A stretch of DNA of 64,000 bases from NCBI GenBank assembly GCA_965240325.2, contig OZ251232.1, positions 1,922,001 through 1,986,000 of the forward strand. The letters are read 5' to 3'. The translations under genes were made by a program, and so were the position numbers. The stretch is from Rebecca billardiae RCC1528 (Eukaryota > Protista > Haptophyta). Each line of letters begins with the position of its first letter. Position 1 is the stretch's first letter. Under the pieces are notes generated by a model. That model was not told where the DNA came from. It did not search any database and saw only the letters and a program-made list of their open reading frames with translations. Shown here piece after piece: positions 12,170 to 24,585 of the stretch.

Positions 12170-14283
12170 CAAAGGAATGAAAGAGAGATAGGACGGCAAC
12201 TCCAGTGACCGAGGTCATGCGAAAGACGCCATCGTGCGGGGGGCCGCAGCCCGCTGAGCCGAGGCGCAAGCCGGGGCCGCACCCTCCCTCCTGCTCCCGG
12301 GCGCCGCTCCGCCACGGGCGTGCACGCCGCGAGTTCGACGCGCGCGGCGCTGCCATGCTGCCGACGCTTCGACCGGATCGTCGACCGGCTGCCGCCGCGC
12401 CCGCGCCCGCCGCCGAGCCCACCGGGTGCGCCACGCGCTGCGCGGCATGCGCGGGCGCCGAACTGACCGGCGCCGCCGCGAGCGCCCGCACGAGGGGCGA
12501 GAGAGTGGCAATTTCGCGGGTGTTAAGGTTTGAATGTGGGGTTGGGCCAATCAAGCTCCCATACAGACCTTAACACCCGCGAAAATGTCCCCAGACCGTG
12601 CGCTCACGACGCGCGTATGCTACCTGCCTGGGTGCAATGAAGCTGGTTGTGCACCTCTGCGAGCGCCGTCGCCCAAGTCGAGAGAGCGGATATTTCGCGG
12701 GTGTCTTTGTTTGGGCAGTGCCCCGTGTTACTACTCTCGGCATACACGCCCAAAGACCCGCGTTCTAGACCACAGGGCGCGAGCAGACCACGACGCGCAC
12801 ACGCTGCGCGCCTTGGCACAATGCACCTGGCCATGCGACGCCCGTGCGAGCGTCGTCCGAGGCGAGAGAGGGGGCGATTCGCGGGTGTCTTTGCTTCTTT
12901 GGAGGGTTGTGCCCATGCCCTTGGCACGCAGACCTTAACACCCGCGGTTTGTCCGAAGACCGCGCGCTCACGACAGCGCGCGCGCGCTGCGCGTCGTAGT
13001 CAAGCGAATGCAGACTGCCTAGCCCCAACCAGCGTTCGGCACTGGCGGATATCGACGACGATGCTGAGTCGCGGTCGGACAGAGACGATGGCAGTCACCT
13101 GGGTCAGATTGCAGCCGCTAGAGTCGGCACATACAACAGAGGCTTCGGACTAGGTGCTAGGCAGCGTGCGCAACGATGATGTTCGGTCTATGAAGTGATC
13201 GCGCCTAGCGACTACTGTCCCGCCCGTGATGATAATACCCTGGGCCACTCGGTTGCATCATGCCATTCATGGCATCGCGGTGGATATGAATGGCACGCGC
13301 ATGATGTCTCCGGCAGGTTTCCTTGAAGATGATACGAGCATCTGCCTGCGTTGGGCGACGCTCTCTAGGCTCTAGCGCGTTCAAGGATGGCGCAGTTGCT
13401 GTTGGCAGTGCTTGCAGCTAGCCGAGTCCTCCATGACGCGCAGCGCGCGCACGCTGTCGTGAGCGCGCGCTGTCGTGAGCGCGCGGTCTTCGGACAAACC
13501 GCGGGTGTTAAGGTCTGCGTGCCAAGGGCATGGGCACAACCCTCCAAAGAAGCAAAGACACCCGCGAATCGCCCCCTCTCTCGCCTCGGACGACGCTCGC
13601 ACGGGCGTCGCATGGCCAGGTGCATTGTGCCAAGGCGCGCAGCGTGTGCGCGTCGTGGTCTGCTCGCGCCCTGTGGTCTAGAACGCGGGTCTTTGGGCGT
13701 GTATGCCGAGAGTAGTAACACGGGGCACTGCCCAAACAAAGACACCCGCGAAATATCCGCTCTCTCGACTTGGGCGACGGCGCTCGCAGAGGTGCACAAC
13801 CAGCTTCATTGCACCCAGGCAGGTAGCATACGCGCGTCGTGAGCGCACGGTCTGGGGACATTTTCGCGGGTGTTAAGGTCTGTATGGGAGCTGGATTGGC
13901 CCAACCCCACATTCAAACCTTAACACCCGCGAAATTGCCACTCTCTCGCCCCTCGTGCGGGCGCTCGCGGCGGCGCCGGTCAGTTCGGCGCCCGCGCATG
14001 CCGCGCAGCGCGTGGCGCACCCGGTGGGCTCGGCGGCGGGCGCGGGCGCGGCGGCAGCCGGTCGACGATCCGGTCGAAGCGTCGGCAGCATGGCAGCGCC
14101 GCGCGCGTCGAACTCGCGGCGTGCACGCCCGTGGCGGAGCGGCGCCCGGGAGCAGGAGGGAGGGTGCGGCCCCGGCTTGCGCCTCGGCTCAGCGGGCTGC
14201 GGCCCCCCGCACGATGGCGTCTTTCGCATGACCTCTGCCCGCGCCGCACTGGGAGTTGCCGTCCTATCTCTTTCATTCCTTTG
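12170..14283. mobile_element. Galileo/P-like foldback element, about 825-bp TIRs, 7-bp TSD ATCAGAC
   Basis: ATCAGAC|CAAAGGAATGAAAGAG...CTCTTTCATTCCTTTG|ATCAGAC; arms at about 12170-12995 and 13435-14283; internal ACACCCGCG motifs in both orientations; empty site at 17578-17584. Confidence 0.9.
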
Positions 14284-15652
14284 ATCAGACTGACCACTAT
14301 CACCGACTACGATGATCCTCCTTTTCCTCCCTCTCTTCTTCCCCCTCTCTTCTCCCTCCTTCCCTCCTCCCCCTCCTTTTTCCTCCCCTCTCCTTTTTTC
14401 TGGCGCGAGTTTACAAAACAGCGGGGGCCTGGCGGCCTTGTCCCGGTGGGGCTGGTCGAACACAGCGCGTCTAGGACGCGACCGAGAAGCTTGCCAGGGC
14501 CGGCAGACCCGACGACGATGGGACGAGTTGGTCGTTCAGCGCTGACTACCCGTATACCGGTATCACCCGTATCATCCGGTGGCGCGCACGGCGCGCGCGC
14601 GGCGCAGCAGCGCGGCACCGCACCGCCACCGCGCTCTGCAAGGCCCATCGAGACGCCGGCGAGGCGCGCGTCGATGCAGTCGTCGCTGCGCACGGCCGCT
14701 CGGGCACACGCACCGCGGATGGCCCACCGGTCTGCAGGCGGTGGCTGCTGCAGGCGCGGGGCGAGCGGCGCAGGGCACAACCTGCACGGCAGCGTAGACT
14801 TGCAGCCGTCGCTGAGCACGGCCCGTTGGGCACGACGTGGTACGAGCGGCTCGCGTCGGTGCGCATGTTGTGTTGTGCAGCTCGCGCCGGCGGGCACGCA
14901 CCTCCAGGATGGCGCCGCGCGCCGCGGGCGGCGCGGGTGACGGCTCGAAGGCCGCGCCCGTTGATGACGAGCCAGCGCTCCGCGTGTAGCGTAGTCAAGT
15001 CGGGCATTATTAGTCGGAGAGGGGGTGGCTTATGGTAGGCTTGTGGTACGAGCTTCTCCATCAGGCCGTTCGTGCACGTCATCTGATGCGGTTGCGGCTG
15101 CTTGATCGTGGCCACGTGCCGCTGGATCTCCGCCAGATCGGCGCAGTACCTCGCGCCGCCGACGATGGCATCTGGCGCTGGGTTCGCCAGAGGCCCGCGG
15201 AGCTGATCCTCGTGCGAGCGCGAGTGCCGGCAGCGTCGTCGAGCCACGCCGGGTGAGCGCCATTCTGCGTGTCGCGCGCGGCCTTCGCCTCCTGCAGTAG
15301 CGCGCTCGTTCGTCATACTCAATCGTGTGTGCCGAGCGCACGCGGCGCGGCGGCGAAAGCACTCGTGCGTCGCGGTTCCGCCTCGACTTGGGGAGCGATG
15401 GTCGTAGAAAAGCGTCAACAAATAGGTGGGAATCGCAACGACGTCCCTATGGCGCGCGCTCAAAAAGGTAACGACATGCGTTCTCGATTCCCGCGGCGCG
15501 CCTAATCAAAAAACGTTTGAGGCCCCATTCTTCGTATTCCTACTCCGGTATTACTCTCCCCATCAGTACGTCACAACCAATTAAAGGGGGTCGGAGCTGG
15601 GTCTCCCAGGGCTTTGTCACGAATTAAAATTGTTTAAAGCTGTGTTCACCAG

Positions 15653-18600
15653 AATAACTCCACCAGCATATGGACAATTTGCCCCGCCGCCGGGTGGCTA
15701 CTAGGGCATGCTGGTGGACTCTTTGGGCTGTCCGGAAGGGCTTGGGCAGGACTTTTACTTATTGGGCTATCTTTTGGCTCACATAGGACTTCAGACTGCC
15801 ATCTTTTGGCTCAGCCAATGGTTGCACGAGTTGGCGGAGGCCTCGTGGCGACAACGCCCTTGGCCCTCGTTGACTCCCCTCCTCCGGCCCTCGCACTTGG
15901 TCGCTGACGATGGCGCCCGGCGAGGGGTTCAAACTCCCTCAGACCGCGCGTGGGAAGCGACCTCAAGGCGCGTTTGGCAACGCACGATCGACGCTAAACG
16001 CCGTGGCATCGCGTGCATCACTCCGACTGGCACATATGCACGTGTCGGCAGGGGACGCGCCTGACCACCCACGTGGCGTCTGACAGCTCACGTTGCTGAC
16101 TTCTCAGCGGCGGCCGTATCTCGTGTCGCCATGCCGGCCGCGGCAGATGCGGGGCGCCGTGGCGTTGCCCTTTCCCGACGACGTGACGCACACACGCGCG
16201 CCCGCGTGCACGCTCGGCGGCGCGCGGCACACCTACGCCGCCAGTACGCGCGGCCCTCGGCGGCCACCGCTGCAGCCAGCGGTCGGCGACGCGGGTGATG
16301 GGTAGACGCGCACCGCAATCTCAGCTGCGAGCGCGCGGCCTCTGTGGCGCCAGCAGTGCCGAACGCGCCGCCCGCCGCCGCGCCGCACAGCGCACCGCCT
16401 GCCGTCGCGTGCCTAGCCGCGGCCGCCCTCGCGCGCGCCGACAGCCGCGGCGCTGCGCAGCTTGTCGCGGCGGCGCTGGGCGCATGGCTGAGAGGCGCGA
16501 TCAGCAGCGGATTTGCGAGAGCAAGCACACCGTGGAGCAAGGGACCATGCACGTACGACCGCGCTCGCGAAGCAGGCCCCTGCTGCACGGTAGGTGAGTG
16601 TGAGATCGTGGTCGGCCCAGAGCTTCAGCAGCTTTGGGCTCCAGGCGGTACCGAGGACGAGGCGCTGAAGCTGCTAGGGGTCGGCCCTGCGATCGCCAAC
16701 GTCGCGGACGCTCTCGCCGCCGTGATGCGTGCCACTTGGCGCGTGAGGCGGCTGAGGAAGGCACATGTGTGTACCGCAGCAGCCTTGTACCGCAGCAGCC
16801 TTCCAGAGTCTGAGTGCCGCAGAGGCTGGACGACACCCTTACGCGCACGCGCGCGCGCATTTGCATCGGGAGTCGCATACAGGCCGCGGCACCGGTCCAC
16901 CGCACCTGCACTCGCGCCCCCCGTCGTCAGGCCAGCGCTCCTCGCTCTCGCGGCGCTGAGTCCTTTGTGAGAGCGACCCACCCAGTGGCACGTGCTGTTG
17001 GCAGCCGTGCACTGTAGTGCCGTGTGTGTACGAGGTAGCCATCCGCTGACCGACACACGCTTTCGTGCGCATCGGCTGAGGCGACTGTTCGCCTGCATTC
17101 CGCCGCCTCCTCTCGTCTGTCGCGTGACCACCTGCACAGCTCCACCACAGCTCGCACATGTGCGGAGGCTGCTGATGGGCGGAGTGCCGCCCACTTGCGC
17201 GCTGGCCGCTGACTGCGTGGCGTGATACCGTGCCTGAGATGCGCCTCACTCGAGCGCTCCTCTTGCTCGGCAGCAGTGGTCGATGAGTGAACTGTGAAAC
17301 AGCCAGACGCCCATTGAATGCATCGGCATGTGTTTGTGACGGCAGGGCGTGTGCGCACCGCTACCGCCTCACTGAGCCCAGGTCTGACGGCGTGCGCTTT
17401 GCCTGCGGCGGAGGGTCACTGTCGTCGCCTGTCGTCACAATCACGGCACGACGACGACAGTGATTTCGAAGCGCCGAGCGCGCGACGACGAGCAGGCGTA
17501 ACCGATTCAGCCACTACAGTCGACGGATCTCACGTCTGTAGCCGAGACATGATGTCCCTGGCCGAGCGCCCAGCTGTATCAGACTGACCACTATCACCGA
17601 CTACGATGATCCTCCTTTTCCTCCCTCTCTTCTTCCCCCTCTCTTCTCCCTCCTTCCCTCCTCCCCCTCCTTTTTCCTCCCCTCTCCTTTTTTCTGGCGC
17701 GAGTTTACAATAACTCCACCAGCATGGACAATTTGCCGCCGGGTGGCTACTAGGGCATGCTGGTGGACTCTTTTGGCTGTCCGGAAGGGCTTGGGCAGGA
17801 CTTTTACTTATTGGGCTATCTTTTGGCTCACATAGGACTTCAGACTGCCATCTTTTGGCTCAGCCAATGGTTGCACGAGTTGGCGGAGGCCTCGTGGCGA
17901 CAACGCCCTTGGCCCTCGTTGACTCCCCTCCTCCGGCCCTCGCACTTGGTCGCTGACGATGGCGCCCGGCGAGGGGTTCAAACTCCCTCAGACCGCGCGT
18001 GGGAAGCGACCTCAAGGCGCGTTTGGCAACGCACGATCGACGCTAAACGCCGTGGCATCGCGTGCATCACTCCGACTGGCACATATGCACGTGTCGGCAG
18101 GGGACGCGCCTGACCACCCACGTGGCGTCTGACAGCTCACGTTGCTGACTTCTCAGCGGCGGCCGTATCTCGTGTCGCCATGCCGGCCGCGGCAGATGCG
18201 GGGCGCCGTGGCGTTGCCCTTTCCCGACGACGTGACGCACACACGCGCGCCCGCGTGCACGCTCGGCGGCGCGCGGCACACCTACGCCGCCAGTACGCGC
18301 GGCCCTCGGCGGCCACCGCTGCAGCCAGCGGTCGGCGACGCGGGTGATGGGTAGACGCGCACCGCAATCTCAGCTGCGAGCGCGCGGCCTCTGTGGCGCC
18401 AGCAGTGCCGAACGCGCCGCCCGCCGCCGCGCCGCACAGCGCACCGCCTGCCGTCGCGTGCCTAGCCGCGGCCGCCCTCGCGCGCGCCGACAGCCGCGGC
18501 GCTGCGCAGCTTGTCGCGGCGGCGCTGGGCGCATGGCTGAGAGGCGCGATCAGCAGCGGATTTGCGAGAGCAAGCACACCGTGGAGCAAGGGACCATGCA

Positions 18601-21600
18601 CGTACGACCGCGCTCGCGAAGCAGGCCCCTGCTGCACGGTAGGTGAGTGTGAGATCGTGGTCGGCCCAGAGCTTCAGCAGCTTTGGGCTCCAGGCGGTAC
18701 CGAGGACGAGGCGCTGAAGCTGCTAGGGGTCGGCCCTGCGATCGCCAACGTCGCGGACGCTCTCGCCGCCGTGATGCGTGCCACTTGGCGCGTGAGGCGG
18801 CTGAGGAAGGCACATGTGTGTACCGCAGCAGCCTTGTACCGCAGCAGCCTTCCAGAGTCTGAGTGCCGCAGAGGCTGGACGACACCCTTACGCGCACGCG
18901 CGCGCGCATTTGCATCGGGAGTCGCATACAGGCCGCGGCACCGGTCCACCGCACCTGCACTCGCGCCCCCCGTCGTCAGGCCAGCGCTCCTCGCTCTCGC
19001 GGCGCTGAGTCCTTTGTGAGAGCGACCCACCCAGTGGCACGTGCTGTTGGCAGCCGTGCACTGTAGTGCCGTGTGTGTACGAGGTAGCCATCCGCTGACC
19101 GACACACGCTTTCGTGCGCATCGGCTGAGGCGACTGTTCGCCTGCATTCCGCCGCCTCCTCTCGTCTGTCGCGTGACCACCTGCACAGCTCCACCACAGC
19201 TCGCACATGTGCGGAGGCTGCTGATGGGCGGAGTGCCGCCCACTTGCGCGCTGGCCGCTGACTGCGTGGCGTGATACCGTGCCTGAGATGCGCCTCACTC
19301 GAGCGCTCCTCTTGCTCGGCAGCAGTGGTCGATGAGTGAACTGTGAAACAGCCAGACGCCCATTGAATGCATCGGCATGTGTTTGTGACGGCAGGGCGTG
19401 TGCGCACCGCTACCGCCTCACTGAGCCCAGGTCTGACGGCGTGCGCTTTGCCTGCGGCGGAGGGTCACTGTCGTCGCCTGTCGTCACAATCACGGCACGA
19501 CGACGACAGTGATTTCGAAGCGCCGAGCGCGCGACGACGAGCAGGCGTAACCGATTCAGCCACTACAGTCGACGGATCTCACGTCTGTAGCCGAGACATG
19601 ATGTCCCTGGCCGAGCGCCCAGCTGTATCAGACTGACCACTATCACCGACTACGATGATCCTCCTTTTCCTCCCTCTCTTCTTCCCCCTCTCTTCTCCCT
19701 CCTTCCCTCCTCCCCCTCCTTTTTCCTCCCCTCTCCTTTTTTCTGGCGCGAGTTTACAATAACTCCACCAGCATGGACAATTTGCCGCCGGGTGGCTACT
19801 AGGGCATGCTGGTGGACTCTTTTGGCTGTCCGGAAGGGCTTGGGCAGGACTTTTACTTATTGGGCTATCTTTTGGCTCACATAGGACTTCAGACTGCCAT
19901 CTTTTGGCTCAGCCAATGGTTGCACGAGTTGGCGGAGGCCTCGTGGCGACAACGCCCTTGGCCCTCGTTGACTCCCCTCCTCCGGCCCTCGCACTTGGTC
20001 GCTGACGATGGCGCCCGGCGAGGGGTTCAAACTCCCTCAGACCGCGCGTGGGAAGCGACCTCAAGGCGCGTTTGGCAACGCACGATCGACGCTAAACGCC
20101 GTGGCATCGCGTGCATCACTCCGACTGGCACATATGCACGTGTCGGCAGGGGACGCGCCTGACCACCCACGTGGCGTCTGACAGCTCACGTTGCTGACTT
20201 CTCAGCGGCGGCCGTATCTCGTGTCGCCATGCCGGCCGCGGCAGATGCGGGGCGCCGTGGCGTTGCCCTTTCCCGACGACGTGACGCACACACGCGCGCC
20301 CGCGTGCACGCTCGGCGGCGCGCGGCACACCTACGCCGCCAGTACGCGCGGCCCTCGGCGGCCACCGCTGCAGCCAGCGGTCGGCGACGCGGGTGATGGG
20401 TAGACGCGCACCGCAATCTCAGCTGCGAGCGCGCGGCCTCTGTGGCGCCAGCAGTGCCGAACGCGCCGCCCGCCGCCGCGCCGCACAGCGCACCGCCTGC
20501 CGTCGCGTGCCTAGCCGCGGCCGCCCTCGCGCGCGCCGACAGCCGCGGCGCTGCGCAGCTTGTCGCGGCGGCGCTGGGCGCATGGCTGAGAGGCGCGATC
20601 AGCAGCGGATTTGCGAGAGCAAGCACACCGTGGAGCAAGGGACCATGCACGTACGACCGCGCTCGCGAAGCAGGCCCCTGCTGCACGGTAGGTGAGAGTG
20701 AGATCGTGGTCGGCCCAGAGCTTCAGCAGCTTTGGGCTCCAGGCGGTACCGAGGACGAGGCGCTGAAGCTGCTAGGGGTCGGCCCTGCGATCGCCAACGT
20801 CGCGGACGCTCTCGCCGCCGTGATGCGTGCCACTTGGCGCGTGAGGCGGCTGAGGAAGGCACATGTGTGTACCGCAGCAGCCTTGTACCGCAGCAGCCTT
20901 CCAGAGTCTGAGTGCCGCAGAGGCTGGACGACACCCTTACGCGCACGCGCGCGCGCATTTGCATCGGGAGTCGCATACAGGCCGCGGCACCGGTCCACCG
21001 CACCTGCACTCGCGCCCCCCGTCGTCAGGCCAGCGCTCCTCGCTCTCGCGGCGCTGAGTCCTTTGTGAGAGCGACCCACCCAGTGGCACGTGCTGTTGGC
21101 AGCCGTGCACTGTAGTGCCGTGTGTGTACGAGGTAGCCATCCGCTGACCGACACACGCTTTCGTGCGCATCGGCTGAGGCGACTGTTCGCCTGCATTCCG
21201 CCGCCTCCTCTCGTCTGTCGCGTGACCACCTGCACAGCTCCACCACAGCTCGCACATGTGCGGAGGCTGCTGATGGGCGGAGTGCCGCCCACTTGCGCGC
21301 TGGCCGCTGACTGCGTGGCGTGATACCGTGCCTGAGATGCGCCTCACTCGAGCGCTCCTCTTGCTCGGCAGCAGTGGTCGATGAGTGAACTGTGAAACAG
21401 CCAGACGCCCATTGAATGCATCGGCATGTGTTTGTGACGGCAGGGCGTGTGCGCACCGCTACCGCCTCACTGAGCCCAGGTCTGACGGCGTGCGCTTTGC
21501 CTGCGGCGGAGGGTCACTGTCGTCGCCTGTCGTCACAATCACGGCACGACGACGACAGTGATTTCGAAGCGCCGAGCGCGCGACGACGAGCAGGCGTAAC

Positions 21601-21838
21601 CGATTCAGCCACTACAGTCGACGGATCTCACGTCTGTAGCCGAGACATGATGTCCCTGGCCGAGCGCCCAGCTGTATCAGACTGACCACTATCACCGACT
21701 ACGATGATCCTCCTTTTCCTCCCTCTCTTCTTCCCCCTCTCTTCTCCCTCCTTCCCTCCTCCCCCTCCTTTTTCCTCCCCTCTCCTTTTTTCTGGCGCGA
21801 GTTTACAATAACTCCACCAGCATGGACAATTTGCCGCC
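15653..21838 (+). repeat. Tandem array of three near-identical 2049-bp units plus about 30 bp of a fourth
   Basis: ORF sets recur at +2049 (15708, 17757, 19806). AATAACTCCACCAGCAT starts at 15653, 17709, 19758 and 21807. Confidence 0.97.
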
Positions 21839-24585
21839 CGGCGTGCCATCATCAGTGGGGGGTCCATCTGATTAAATTAACGACGTGGTATGCAACGGGC
21901 AGGCGTCAAAGTCAGCAAGCTGTAGCAGCATCAGATCGAGCAGCAGAGACAAACACCAGGATCAGCGCTCCTCGCCGTCGTCCCCCCCCCCTCGTAGTCG
22001 CCCATCACTCCATCGCCGAGCGGAAGCTCGACGCACCGTCTGCCGTCTGGCGTCTGGCGTCGACGCGCGCGCGCCACCGCGGTGGTCGCGGTGCCACGCG
22101 TCGTCAGCCGTCGTCTCGAAGTAGTCGTCGTATGCAGCGCCCCCGCGGGCGCGTGCCCCCGGGCGCACGTGCGCCATGCGCATCTGATTAAATTGAGTTT
22201 TGATTTCTTTTCTTTTCCTTTTCAGAACTTGTTCGGCGTGTTTTCGCGATCGGCAGATTCTAAATCCGCGCTCGGCTGGCCCCGGCGCGGGAGCGGAGCT
22301 CTGAACGGGGTCGGCAAGGCTGATGGCCCTCGTCGACGGCCGTCCGCTCGCCATTGGGCGCGCCCACATCGGCGCAGGCGCCTCGCCGAGCGGCTCGGTG
22401 GACACGGACACGTAGCCACGGTTCGTGTGGACCGGGCTCTCGCTGGGAGTCGCTGGCCAAACGACGCTCGTGCTTCATCATTTGAATCTGCGTGCTCGAC
22501 GTGTGCTGCTCGCGACCAAGGAGCGCGTCCTAGGAGCACGTGCAGGAGAGCAATACGGAGACGAACATGCGCAATATGGTGGGATGGGCATCGACAACGA
22601 CTCGACACTGTCTCCTTCCCCACCCGTCGCTGCCATCTCGCCCTCGGACGTGCCCGCGACGCCTCTGCCGCAAGGGCCAGCTGCGGCCGACCAACTTGCG
22701 GACCGCTGTGCCGGGCATGACGAGGTCCAGGGCGCGGCAGATGATGATGCACGCGTGCCCATGGATGTGTGCGACCCGCCCGAGGTCCCCGCCGGCACCG
22801 CCGAGGGGCTCGCCTCCTCCGCGGACGGCCTCGACTGTGAGCAACCGTGCAGGCCCGAGCTACGGCCTGACGTCAACGTCAGCGCGCAGCAGCTCGAGGA
22901 GACGGCGGTGGCGGCGCGCGCCATCCACGTGCTACAGCCCTCGACCGGCTGGCGCATGGCCGGCACTCGCCCGCGGTACGCATCGGTGCTCGACTTCATG
23001 CTCCTCGACCTCCTCCGCACGCTCGTGGTCTCGTGGAGCTCATGCTCGAGAACTTGAAGAAGCACAAGCCGTTGGTCAGAGTGTTCACCCCTGCGTGCGC
23101 CCAGACCGCGCGCGACGGTCGGACGAAGAAGCCCAAGGCGCTCACGCTCGTCTGCGTTGATGCGCTCGGCATCTCGTTGCGCCACGACTCGCCGCGGCTC
23201 GAGGTGATCGGCATCTGGCTGATGACCGTGCACAGGTGGTGGAAGGGCAAGCACGAGGACATGGAGCGCATCCTGAGCCGGAAGCAGGGCGCGTCGGTGG
23301 CGGAGAGGAAGGCGGAGCTGGATGCCGACGACACGTCGCTGGGCGCCGGCGACGACAGCTGCCCCTTCCGCGACCTCTACTCGCCCCCCGACGCCGGCGC
23401 GCCGCGCGCGTCCGCAGCAGGCGGCTGCACTGACTCCTGCTTAGCACGCGATCATCTTGGAGCAGCAGGTGCGCCTGACGGAGCAGCAGGTGGAGCTGAA
23501 CTCGCCGCGCAAGGCGATCGCGCGCGCCGTCGCCGACGCTGCGCGCGCCAGCTTGCGCGCCGACGCAACCGAGCGCAGCGCGCGCGGGGGCACAGATCGC
23601 GCTGCGGCCGAGCGGGCTGCCATGGCTGCCGACTGCGCCGAGTTCGAGCGCGAGAGGAGAGCGGCGGAGCTCGAGGGCGAGCGCGCGGCGAAGCGCGCGC
23701 AGTCCGCCGCAGTACTGGTGGACCGATGACGCCCTCGCGTGGGCTAGGGTACGACGAACGGCGACGACGCCGGTGACACAGAGCACGGGCACGGAAGTCG
23801 CCGAACGGACCGCGGCAAGCTCGGCGGCGGCGACTGCTAGTCTGCGCACGCAAGCCTCGATGGCGGAGGACTCTCTCACGACTATGGGGATGGTGGCATG
23901 CTCAGATGTGGGCTTGGTAGTGTGCTTCGGCACGCAGCCCGCCGCCCGCATCAGGTCCGTCCGGGCCTGCTGCGGCACGGTTCGAGTGGCATGAGCCCGC
24001 CGTCTCCGGGCTCCGGCGCGGCGGCGCGGCCTATTCGGATGACCCAGCACGAATAGTGAACAAGGTACCCCCATATTGACAGCACCCTGAATATATATTT
24101 AAACGCACCCGCATTATGGCCCGCGGTGCAGGGCGGAGCGCGCAGCGTGGAGCCCGCACCAGCGGGCCCGAACCACGTTTCAAAAAGATCTTTGATCAAG
24201 AAAAAAGGGACGGGGGGCGATTTTTAGGGCTGGCGGAGACCGAGTTTCGAGTTTTTGAGATCGCATAGAGAGGTCTATTAGGCCGAAAATAACCGCGCCC
24301 AGCTGATTCCCTTAAGTAAAGTGCGATCTGGACGTCAGCTGGACGTGACATTAGTGTAACGGTTCGTTACGAGCGCGATTTTAAGTATGAGATTGCCGCC
24401 AACCGCCAACCGATAAAAACGGCAAGGCAAGGGCTCGGGAAACCTGATCACTTCTAAATGTGAATAGTAAAATGCTCTCCCCGAGCGCGCCTGTCGCCTC
24501 GCAGGCCGCGCGTCTCGCTCCCTCTCCCCGAGGCTGAGCTCGCGGCCCGCCTGTCACCTCGCAGGCGCGCGCCACGGACACATGC

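Larger units (their letters stand above)
11159..14416 (+). repeat. Dispersed copy of the 3' half (about 1.1 kb) of the 2049-bp tandem unit, interrupted by two insertions
   Basis: 11159-12169 plus 14291-14416 match 16598-17710, including the terminal polypyrimidine tract and GAGTTTACAA. Confidence 0.9.

Noticed and set aside
14546-15463. 305-aa minus-strand ORF with a protein-like middle section
   Set aside because: No recognisable motif, and the flanking parts are low-complexity GC translation.
15581-24315. Possible TTAA-flanked (Kolobok or piggyBac-like) element enclosing the 2049-bp array
   Set aside because: The putative ends AGGGGGTCGGAGCTGGG and GGGAATCAGCTGGG match too poorly.
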